Source of the DNA: Anolis carolinensis
Taxonomy: Eukaryota
Direction: 5' to 3'
Assembly: GCF_035594765.1 (NCBI RefSeq)
Contig: NC_085845.1
Coordinates: forward strand, 188,806,897-188,870,896
Length of the DNA: 64,000 nucleotides
Shown: one piece after another, positions 24,076-35,157 of the stretch
Layout: each line of letters opens with the position of its first letter
Position numbering within the stretch: the stretch's first letter is position 1
Translations under genes and position numbers: made by a program
The notes under the pieces: model-generated
What the model was told of the DNA's origin: nothing
Seen by the model: only the letters and a program-made list of their open reading frames with translations
The model's database searches: none

Positions 24076-25124
24076 CCATTTTGGCAGATGCTTCATTAAA
24101 AAACACCAGAGGATGATCCAGGAGATAATTAATCCAAAACATGTGTTTTCAGGATACTTCACTCTATTACAACTCACTGAAAATCCTGTGATGAGTTTCT
24201 TCAGGATTGCTGTAAGTCAGAAACAACTTGCAGACACACAACAACAAATAAATAATTTAAATAAAATGAGAAGATGTGGGGAATGGAGTCAAATCCTATT
24301 TTCTCCCATTTGGAGGGGATATCACTTTTCTGTCGTTAACCCTTTTAGGACAGGCAGTATATCAACAGTGAAGTTAATATGCTGATACAATGTTAGGACA
24401 ATTCTACTTGTTGAGTTACACTTGCTGTGGCTTAAAGACACCAGTACCCTGCCAAAAGAAAATGTAGTATCCTGTTCTCATGACATGAAAATAGTATGTT
24501 CCAGGTCTCCATTTACACTACACAATTATAGCAGTAAAATCCCACTTTAACTGACTTGTCTGTATCCAATGGAATCCTAGGATTTGTAGTTTGGTGAGAC
24601 ATACAAACACTTTGGCAGAGTACTCTAAATTGTTGTTTTTGTGTGCCTTCAAGGTGTTTCTGATGAATGACGACCCTAAAGCAACCCCATCACAGGGTTT
24701 TCTGGCGCTGAGTGTGTGCTTTGCCTTGGATCACACAATGGACTTTCATGGCCAAGCAAAGATTTCAGCCCTGGTCTCTAGAGTTGTCTTCCAACACTCA
24801 AACTGGTATAAACTGAAGAATTCCATGGGATGCCACATAATCATAATGCAATAACTGTGTAATGTGAAAGGGTCCCTGGGAGATTCTGTCCCTCTCCCCT
24901 ACAAGTCACCCGACATTCAGAATCCCTTGCCATCTTAAAGTAAAGGTTCAGGAGTCCTGTTTGAGTCTTGTGAATCATGGTGTTTCAACATATTGCTATG
25001 ATAGCTTTGGGGTTAATGTGAACTAAGGATGGAAATCCACTGCTACCCATAAGGCTGAATTCAGAGATATTTTGGCCAGCTTCATTCAAGTGGAGCTGAA
25101 AGCAGAAGTTTGGGACTCAAATTA

Positions 25125-25912
25125 CCAATTTAAAGAGGCCCTAAAGAACTCGTAAAAGGCACCAAATAGGCAAAACAAGCCCTGGACAACCTGAAGGAGG
25201 CTCTTAAAAACTTGTAAAACACAACAAAAGGGCAAAACGGGCCCTGGACAACCCTAAAGAGGCCATAAAAACGTGTAAAAGGCACCAAATGGGTCCTGCA
25301 CAACTGGAAGGAGGCCCTAAACAGTTTGTAAAAGGCACCAAATGAGCAAAACAGGCCCTGAACAACTCTAAAGAGACCCTAAATAACTTGTAAAAGGCAC
25401 AAAAAAGGCAAAACAGGCCCCGGTGAACCCAAAAGAGGCCTAAACAACTTGTAAAAGGCACAATATGGGTAAAACAGGCCCTGGACAGCCATGAAGGGGC
25501 CCCAAACAACTTGTAAAAGGCGCCAAATGGGAACAGTGAGCCTTGGAACACCCTAAAGAGGCCCAAAACAAATTGTTAAAGGCACCAAATGGGAAAAGGG
25601 GCCCTAGAACACCCTAAAGAGGCCCGAAACAACTTGTAAAAGGCACCAAATGGGCAAAACGGTCACTGGGCCACGCAAAGGGAGCCCTAAACAACTTGCA
25701 AAGGAACACAAGCGGGGAAAAAAGGGTCCTGGGCCACCCTAAGGGAGCCCTAATCAACTTGCAAAGGAGCCCAATTGGACAAAACGGGCCCTGGACCACC
25801 CTCAGACAGCCCTAAACAACTTGCAAATGAACACAAGTGAGCAAAATGGGCCCTGGGCCACCCTAAAGGGGCCCTAGACAACTTGCAAAGGAGCCCAATT
25901 GGGCAAAACGGA
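25125..25912. repeat. Minisatellite, unit about 60-62 bp, about 13 copies
   Basis: Unit CCCTAAACAACTTGTAAAAGGCACCAAATGGGCAAAACAGGCCCTGGACAACCCTAAAGAGG is visible in successive lines. Confidence 0.9.
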
Positions 25913-27116
25913 ATGGTGAGAGCTGAAGTCCAAAACACCTGGAGGACCAATGCCTGAGAATCACCACTCTAAGGCAATGTTTCTTTAAAACCTAATACAA
26001 TAACAATTGGTAGTTGGTACTATGGATACCAGAGAGCACACACACACAAACAAACAACTAAACGAGTTTGAGGGTGAATCAAAACTGAACTCTCACTAGA
26101 ATTAAAAAACTATGGGTTATAAGCCTCGGACACCCAGAGTGCAACCAGGATCCATTTGGGTGTCAGCTGATGCTGGAAACATAATCAGAAAAACACTAGA
26201 TCTCCTCATTCACAATTTTCTATTGGTCTTGATTGAATGTCATTTCAATGTTTAGGGGGCCCTCTACTGTCAGCATTTGGAATTATACCTTCTCATTTAG
26301 AACAGCTTCTACAGATTGAATCCAGCAAAAAAGGCTGAAATATCTAATCTCTGTATAATGATTTGGATACATTTTTACCTACTGAAAAGCTTTTTCCTAG
26401 AAACTTCCACACACCTCTCCCGTAGAACATTTTTACTGTGAAAAGTGAACTTCTGTAGTCAGCCCTCCATATCCATAGATTTTGTATCAATGGATTCTCT
26501 ATCCACTGAGTCAGTGATCCATGGCTTGAAAATATTCCAGTCAATTAATGAACCAAGCAAATCTTGACTTTGCCATTTTATTTAAGGGATACCATTTTAT
26601 TATGTCAATGTATATCACAGAACTTGAGTATCCACTGATTTAGATATCCATAGATATCCTGGAATCAAACCACAATGGACACCAAGGGCTCATTGTATAA
26701 AGGCAAGTATAAGCAAGGACACCTATGAAAATAATACAGAAAATATAGTAATTTCTGATTTGGTTGGCAGAAATTATTAGCGAGGAAAGCAGAAACACCA
26801 CATCAAACAGAAAGGCTGTTACAGGGTGTAAAAAAGTCAGAAAATAGTTGGTTATCTAATATTTTTGATGTCTCTGCGTTCTCACTCCCAGGGAACAATA
26901 TTCAATATTCAAGAAATGTTCTAATTGAGTTCCATAATTTGGCTGACTTGGCTAATGTGAAAGTTTGTGTGTATGTTTTGGGGCGATGGTGTTGGGCCAG
27001 ATCTCAGATATTAGACCTGCTGTATATCACCCAGAAAATACATGGAATGTGGGAGCATACTGAATTAGCTTGGAAATATTAGTTTTCAAAAACAAACAGT
27101 CCAAGTTCTTCTAGAT

Positions 27117-27232
27117 CAGACATGGGAAACTTAGTCCCTCCAGGTGTTTTGGACTCCAAATCCCACTGGCTGTTAGGAATTGTGGGTGTTGGCGTCCAAA
27201 ACACCTGGAGGGCTGAAGTTTGCCCATGACTG
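27117..27232. mobile_element. Palindromic hAT MITE, same family
   Basis: 8-bp TSD TTCTAGAT. Confidence 0.85.
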
Positions 27233-30067
27233 TTCTAGATGAAGACAGGAGTAACCGTTTTTTGGAGGGAACACAAAGTATTTTCTAAAAGTTCAGCATA
27301 CAGTGACATCTTACAACATTCAGTGCATGTGCCTATAAAGATTAGTTTAGTTCTCACAGTAAAAGTTACAACATCATCAAAGGAGAAAAACAAAGGACGA
27401 TGGTTCAGTCATCCGGTCTTTAGTTACAATGCTGGGTGATTTGATTTTGTCCTTGAGAAGTTATCTTTTATACATAAATGTGGGTGAGAACTGGGTGAAG
27501 CTGTTGACTTGCTAATATGGACCTCAGCATATTCCTTTCGTCTTATAGTTTATCAAAATTGAGGGGAGAGAGATACTTTGGTTCTAAAGCAAAATGGTCT
27601 TTTAAACTCTATATCCCATAGACACAAGTTAATCTCTTTTTTACCTCCTAAAGCTGAATTAATTGGGCAATATTTATGGTAGTTTTTAAACAGTGTTAGG
27701 GAGTCTACAGGGGTCAACCATATACCATGCAGCTGTGAATAAGTCTACATAGGGACCACCAAATGCAGCATTGCCCAGACATAAACCAAGGAACATGAAA
27801 GGCACTGCAGACTAATTCAATCAGAGAATAATAATAATAATAAAATAAAACTTTATTTATACCCCGCCACCATCTCCCCAACGGGGACTCAGGGCGGCTT
27901 ACATGGGGCCATGCCCAAAGCAATACAATATAAACAGCATATAAAAACAACACATCACAACACAATAAGCGATACAATAAATAATAATATCCAATTACAG
28001 TACAAGAGAAGTCAGCCATAGGAGAGCACTTGATGAACCAACCTGGACACAGCATATTATATGAGAACACAGAAATGCTGGACAACTTCGACAACACAGT
28101 GTTAGGGAAGTCTATTCTCCTGAGACCCTTTTATAATTTTTTTTCTGTGTCAGGAGTGATGTGAGAAACAGTTTCCTTTATAGTACAATTTATATTATTT
28201 GGCAGACAGTAAAACATCAGGGTCAGCCCTATAAGGTAATGGGTCACTGGCAGGAAATGGTGAACACACATGGAAGGGGCAAAACTACCTACTTACCTAC
28301 ACATTATCTATTACAAGTGTGTCCCTTGAGTTTATACAAGTATGGCTTTGAAGATGGATATTTTTTGAGGGTACATCTGCACTGAAGCATTAATGCGGCT
28401 TGATACCACGTTAATTGCCATGGCTTAGTGCTATGGAATCCTGTCAAACTACATTCATTCTATAGTGTCGTTGCACCCAAAGTCACCCTGTTTTATACAT
28501 AGCACACTTTATTTATATTTTATATAGTTTTTTCCTCAGTCTTTGAGACATGCAAAACCAAACTGCTCATGACGGAGTCTCTGGAACATATTCTCCAAAC
28601 ATTCTTGTCAACATTTAGAGAAGGCATGAGTATATGTTGTTAGTACTAAATTGTTTATTATGGATTTAAAATTAATTTACATTCTCTTCCTATGTTTATG
28701 TTGGTAGCAGAATACAGGGGGAAAAGCCTCTGTGCAAAAAAAAAATCCATCAAGAATGGCATCTCTTTCAGTTATTTGCCTGCTTGTAATTAGTAACAAA
28801 GAAAGAATTATTTTTTATATCTGCTGTCTCCTTTTTTAATGTCACAAACCCAGTGTGGGTAGATGAGGTCAGAATTTGTATAAAATATGGGGGGGGGGGG
28901 GGGCTCTGCACTGTAGAATTAGTGCCGTTTGGTACCACTTCAACTACCATGGTGCTGTAGCATAATGGGAATTGTTGCTGTGGCAATTAAAGTGGTGTCA
29001 AATTGTATTCGTTTTATAGTATCCTGTCTCACTTTTCTTTAGTTTCTAAATTTTGCAGATGTGTTCTCAACATTTCCAATATTCTGGACTCAGTTCTTGC
29101 ATTGATTGTTCCAAACAAACTTGAAGGCTGAGCCCCCTCCACTCCGTCAGACTTGTCCTGTCCACATACCAGATATGTTAACCAAAGGAATCATGCTATG
29201 GTTTTTCATCTACAAGTATGCAGCAATCCCAGGACAAAGAAGCACTGTTATGTCATTTTACCAGCAAAGCAAAGTCCATTCTTTTGGCATGCATAATAAT
29301 AAAGGACAAGAATGCATCTAATGTTCTTTACTCTGATAGCTGCAGGCTTAACAGATGGCATTTTTAAAGTTGACTCCCCATTCTGACAACCATGAAATGG
29401 ATAGTGAGCAATCCCTTCATAAGTTGGTGAAGAATGCATTGTGACACCACTTGAGCTGCCATGGCTCAATGCTATGGAATCACAGGAATTGTAATTTTAC
29501 AAGGTCTTCTCTATGTCAAAGAATGTTGGTGCTTCACCAAACCACAACTCCCAGGATTCCATAGCATTGAACCATGGCAGTTCCAGTGATTCCTCCAGAG
29601 GAACAGTGGACATGATCTTCATTGCACGACAGATCCAAGAAAAATGCCGGGAACAAAATCAACCTCTGTACATGACATTCATTGACCTTGCAAAGGCATT
29701 CGACACAGTGAATCGCAGTGCTCTCTGGACCATCCTCCAAAAAATCGGGTGCCCTGACAAATTTGTGAACGTCCTGTGACTCCTCCACGATGACATGATG
29801 ACAACAGTCTTGGACAGCAACGGCTCCCAAAGTGACCCATTTAAGGTGGAATCAGGTGTCAAGCAGGGATGTGTTATTGCCCCCACCTTATTTTCCATCT
29901 TCATTGCTATGATATTTCATCTTGTTGATGGGGAGCTTCCGAACTGTGTGGAAATCATCTATTCCACAGATGGTAAGCTATTTAACCTCAGCAGACTGAA
30001 AGCCAAAACCAAGGTCACAACAACATCTATTATAGAACTCCAATATGCCTATGATAATATAGTCTGT

Positions 30068-30478
30068 TGTCGAAGGCTTTCATGGCCGGGATCACAGGGT
30101 TGTTGTATGTCTTTCGAGCTGTGTGGCCATGTTCCAGAAGTATTCTCTCCTTTGCGTTCCAGGCGGTTGTAAATACGATGAGCCTGTGGTGTTTTGAAGG
30201 TCCTTTTGGCTGCAAGAAATTGTGGGATGGTATCTGTGTCTCTGCAGCGTAGAAGGAAGGTCAGGGAGCACAGCAGATGTGCTTTCCTGGTCCTTAGTTT
30301 TTCCAATCTCCGTGTGTCTTGGAACAATTTCTCCCCGTAGAGATGTTCAATGTGTTGTCGAAGGCTTTCATGGCCGGGATCACAGTGTTGTTGTATGTCT
30401 TTCGGGCTGTGTGGCCATGTTCCAGAAGTATTCTCTCCTGACGTTTCGCCCACATCTATGGCAGGCATCCTCAGAGGT
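30068..30478 (-). mobile_element. Penelope-like element: partial tandem pseudo-LTR with ORF N-terminus, inserted in the RTE
   Basis: About 85-bp direct repeat (30068-30151 and 30356-30439); frame ...DPGHESLRQHIEHLYGE...LTFLLRCRD...IPQFL; the RTE frame resumes at 30479 (EEDLQATLNTF). Confidence 0.8.
30435..30478 (-). ncRNA. Minimal type I hammerhead ribozyme motif of the Penelope pseudo-LTR
   Basis: Minus strand reads A-CCU-CUGAGGA-U-GCCUGC-cauagau-GUGGGC-GAAA-C-GUC^AGG: core CUGANGA and GAAA, 6-bp stem II, CCU/AGG stem I, palindromic ACGU stem III, GUC cleavage triplet. Confidence 0.75.
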
Positions 30479-33400
30479 AGAAGAAGACCTACAAGCCACT
30501 CTAAACACCTTTGCAAAAGTATACGAGAAGCCAAAAACCAAAGTGCTCTTTCAACAGTCATTAGCCAATCTATCTGCAATGCCAGAAATACAGCTTATTG
30601 GTGTAACATTAGAAAATGTCGACCATTTCCGCTACCTTGGCAACCACCTCTCCACAAAAGTCAACATTGACACTGAAATACAACACTACCTGAGCTCTGC
30701 AAGTGAAGCATTTTTCTAAACAAATCAGAGTGTTTGAGAATTGGGACATCCGTAGAGATACCAAGGTGCTTGTTTATAAAGCCATTGTCCTCCCAACCCT
30801 GCTCTACTCCTGCGAAACGTGGACTGTCTACAGAAGCCACACTCAACTCCTGGAACGATTCCATCAGTGTTGCTCTGAAAAATCCTGCAAATCTCTTAAG
30901 AAGATAGGCAGACAAATGCCAGCATGCTTGAAGAAGCAAAAACCACCAGCATTGAAGCGATGCTCCTACGCCATCAGTTCTGCTGGACTGGCCACGTTGT
31001 CCGAATGCCCGATCACTGTCTCCCAAAGCAGCTACTCTACTCCGAACTCAATAACGGGAAACGGAATATTGGTGGGCAGGAAAAGAGATTCAAAGATGAG
31101 CTTAAAGCCAACCTTAAAAACTGTAGCATAGATACAGAGAACTGGGAAGACCTGGCCCTCGAGTGCTCTAGCTGGAAGTCAGCTGTGACCAGCAGTGCTG
31201 TGGAATTTGAAAAGGCACAAATGGAGGGTGAAAGGGGGAAACGTCCCAAGAGGAAGGCACGTCAAGCCAACCCTAACTGGGACTGCCTTCCACCTCGAAA
31301 CCGATGTCCTCACTGTGGAAGAACATGCGGGTCAAAAATAGGGCTCCATAGTCACCTACATATCCACTGCCAAGACACTGCACTAGGAAGGCCATCATAC
31401 TCAGACAACAAGTGATAGCCTAAGAAGAAGTTCCGGTGGTATCAAACTGCATGAATTCTACATTGTATATCCACCCTAAGTTTAGGGAGGAGGTTCTGTG
31501 CTTTATGAGTGCAATGTTTCTTCCCTTCCAGCCATTGCCTGCTTTTGCTGGATGCTTCTGGATAGTTTGGAGGAAATGAGAATAAGGCCACCTTGCCATC
31601 AGAATCAATAAACTTTGGCTACTCTGCAGTCAGTCAGCAAGTTTAATTTTTATCAGCCACAACATGGTTAATGAAAACAGGGTCTGAACTCTCTTTTCAG
31701 CCCCATTAGAGTAGACCAATTGAATCTGTTAGGTTTACCTATGTGTTGACTCTCAATTCCACAAATTGACTCAGATCTTTTTCAGTTACACAACCCTAAC
31801 ACTCTGATATCACTTTAACTACCATTTTTTGTCCTATGAACTATTTTCTAAGGTGTTTCATATTAATTACTGGTAGACTGAAAGGTGGTATATAAGCTAA
31901 TAATGCAATCAAGAAAAGCTGAGAGCCCATCACTCTTTTTTAAAATTAGGAATATATTATCATTATAACATTAATATACAAATATGTATTTGATTAACTG
32001 TATGAGGGATATATTACTTCTTATGGCCACACTTTATATTTGATTATAAAATTGTTCTTCAGTTCCAAGTAAGTTTTTATCTAATATGATGTCCAAATGG
32101 TCTAGCAAAACAAAAGTGGGTGTGTGGAGCTGCTGTTTTGTAGATTTAAGATATTTTTTAAATCTGTTGTTTTCACCTTTTCATGAGGTAAATTGGGATA
32201 TAGAGATTTAACATTCAAAGTGCATGCAATATCCTTTTTGCCAATATTCAAATCTATCACCTGACGAATGAAATTGGGTGGTTCTCTAATGAAAGATCAG
32301 GCTTAGATACAAAAAAATTATAGGAATTAATGCACAAACCTAGTGGTTCAAGCAATGACTGAGAGTACATCTACACTGTTAAATTAATGCAGTTTGACAC
32401 CACTTCAGCTGCCATGACTCAGTGCTATGAAATGCTGAGGGTTGTAGTTTTACAAGTTCTTTAACCTTCCCTGATTAATAGTTCTGGTGTCTCACCGGAC
32501 TATAAATCCCACATTGTAACATAGCATTGCACTATGGCAGTTAAAGTGGTGTCAAACTGCATTAGTTCAACAGTGTAGATGCACCCCTAGAAACTAATAC
32601 CATGTGTCTTCCTGGCAGCGGCCTCTATTACTAATTTTAGGCAACTTAAACAAGGGATTAATCAAAGGTTTAGCTACTGTATCCTGTATATGTCAGAATG
32701 CTTGAGCTTTGTATACTCCAACCTTAAGTAGAGATAAAATGTGTGCAGGATGATTTTTTATCTTCTTATAGAAAGTCTTATTGCATTATCTACTCCTCAG
32801 CTCTACATGTACGTATATTGTAACTCTGTGGAATAAAACTGGCTTTTTTGTTGTTGTTGCTTTTATTTTGAATTCTCTGGCAAGGTGCTCTAGTGCCTCA
32901 TTCAGTTACAAATCTCAGGATTTTACATGATGCAGCCAAGACAGTTCAAATTGTTCTAAAGTTATATAACTGCATAGTGTGACGGAGACTTCAGAGTGTC
33001 TATTCTAATTGGGATTCAGAATATTCAAGATAATGTGTCCTGTCTCATCTTGCATTTTAATTTAATCCTGTTAGTTTCTTTCTCTTACACGCCCATAACT
33101 CTGTACAAAGAGACCAACGTCTTCTTTTGTTGCCTCTTTCTGTTGAGACTTGCAAGTCAACCAAGAATCTCAAGCAGTAGAAAATAAATAATCAAAGGCC
33201 CAGATGAAAAAGTTGCATTAGTACCATTTCTATGTGTCTCTTAAAGTAGCCTGTGTGCTCAAATTTGAGACAAAGAGAACTTTAGGTGACACACTGAGTA
33301 AAGCTGCCTTAGGAACAGAGAAAGGAAACCTTATAAATCACTTCTAGTTTCTAGTCATGGGAAGTCTAGTTTCTTAGTCATGGAAAGTCATAGTACCTTG

Positions 33401-33689
33401 TGTGATAAGAGGAAAGATGTGCTAATGATGGAGCAAATAACTAAACATTGGCGAGGTGATAATTGTTTTTATTTTGTCTTCTTAAAAAAGTACCTTTCCT
33501 CTAAGTCTTCTTTAGGAAAAGTAAGAGAAACCACAAAGCTGGTAACTGATGTTGAGTATAATCATTTTCACCATGTTCTGTTAAGAAAACCCTTTTATAG
33601 GGTCGCTATAGGTTAGAAACAACAACATGCTACACAACAGCAACAAATATTTATTAGAATGAAGAAGATTCTTCTGCTGCTCAAGACAT

Positions 33690-34157
33690 TTATTTATATA
33701 TTTACAGTATTTATATCCAGCCCTTCTCACCCCAAAGGGGACTCAGGCGGATCACAATGTACATATACATGGCAAACATTCAATGCCATACGACATAACA
33801 TGTTCTAGCTTCCAGACTTCATGAGGGTGTGCTCGATTCCGGCCAAAGGAGGAGCTGCTGCTTCATCATCCACTGTGACACTGAGTCCTTGATAGATTAC
33901 TTCCTCATTCCTCTCCACACGCTGCTGGATGATTTTTTATGGTGTTGTAAATTAGTTAAATTAGCCTCCCCACATAAGCGGTGCCTAAATTTCCTACTTG
34001 ATAGATGCAACTGTCTTTCAGGTTGCTTAGGTCAACAACAAACTGAGCTATTTTTAATGGTCGGGCACTCAATCCGATGCAGGCTAGCTTCGAACTCATG
34101 ACCTCTCGGTCAGTAGTGATTTATTGCAGCTGGTTACTAACCAGCTGCGCTACAGCT
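33690..34157 (-). mobile_element. tRNA-derived SINE with an L2-type 3' tail
   Basis: Minus strand starts GCTGTAGCGCAGCTGG (A box)...GAGTTCGAAGC (B box) and ends in the CCGCCTGAGTCCCC...GGATATAAATA tail shared with L2 ends. Confidence 0.6.
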
Positions 34158-34790
34158 CTTATATGCTGTTGCATATAAGATATCTGATGTTGTCATAGTT
34201 GTCAACTGATTTCTTAACGAATTTGCTTAGCACAGGCATTCTTAGAATTGTTTTGGAATTATTCTGGCATGACACTGATGTAATTGTGTAATGCAGACAC
34301 ATTCCTATCCTCACTAAGTAACTGATTTTAATAAGATCTCTGTGTAGCTCACTTTACCAAGCCATTAATTTGCTTTGATTGTCTTCATACAGTCTGGCCA
34401 CTTTCAGTGTAGCTAATACATATGCAAGTTATCCTAGAATCTATGGATCGAGACTTGAAGTAGATAAAGGGTTCTGTTTCTTTCTGCATATAGTCTTTTG
34501 CATCCTGCTCCTTCCTTCCTAAACCATTTAGCATTTGAGTCTGGTTGGTGAATACTGGAAGCTCATTGAAAAAAACCCACACAAAGCCGATATTACAAAC
34601 TTAAAATGTTCCTTTTTTTAAGTATTATTCTAATGCGAGCAAAAGAAACGTTGGTGTTTTATTATGTTCTAAAATTGTTTGAAAATGCAGACCTTGATTT
34701 TTTTTTTTTAGTAGAATGTTTTCCCTACTAAAACAGAAACAATAGTACATATATATTTTATTAGAAGCAATTTCATTTAAAAAGCAGGAT

Positions 34791-34799
<9 letters not shown>

Positions 34800-34844
<45 letters not shown>
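34800..34844. repeat. (AT)n microsatellite 3' of AKR1B
   Basis: Seen directly. Confidence 0.9.
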
Positions 34845-34847
<3 letters not shown>

Positions 34848-35114
34848 TGAAATTTACAGTAGATATAAGATTAATGGGGAAAAAAGATTAAGCGCTTTGG
34901 ATATTATATCTGCTGTATTATAAATGTATTGATTTATTTTACAAAAATAAAAAAAATATTTTTTAAAAAAGCAGGAAAATATAAAAGCATTTCAAAGAAT
35001 CAAAGGATCATAGCAGTTCTCTAAGAATTAGTACTCAGAACATACTAAACCTGGACAAGAAAAACTTGGACACTGTTTACTCTATGGTTTGAAGACTTTC
35101 TGTATAATCAGGCT

Positions 35115-35157
35115 TTAATATTCAGCATTGAAAGGATAATCCGGGTGGCTGCTGCAC
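35115..35157 (-). CDS. AKR1B10: AKR1B exon 10 ([13 protein letters not shown])
   Basis: 43 bp; tag| acceptor; TAA. Confidence 0.92.

Larger units (their letters stand above)
29589..31428 (+). mobile_element. RTE-clade LINE, 5'-truncated and inactivated (RT domain plus C-terminal C2H2 finger)
   Basis: RGTVDMIFIARQIQEKCREQ...FIDLAKAFDTV, GVKQGCVIAPTLF, LQYAYD (YADD), FRYLG, CPHCGRTC...HSHLHIH; stops and frameshifts; (GAA)n tail; TSD AGTTCC(A/G)GTG at 29579-29588 and 31429-31438. Confidence 0.9.

Noticed and set aside
25125-25950. Regularly spaced repeats resembling a CRISPR array, and ORFs across them
   Set aside because: Eukaryotic DNA; the whole 60-bp unit repeats with no unique spacers, and the ORFs reflect a stop-poor repeat.
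29513-31415. Reverse-transcriptase ORFs as an active or domesticated gene
   Set aside because: 5'-truncated, with stops, frameshifts, a YADD to YAYD change and a Penelope insertion.
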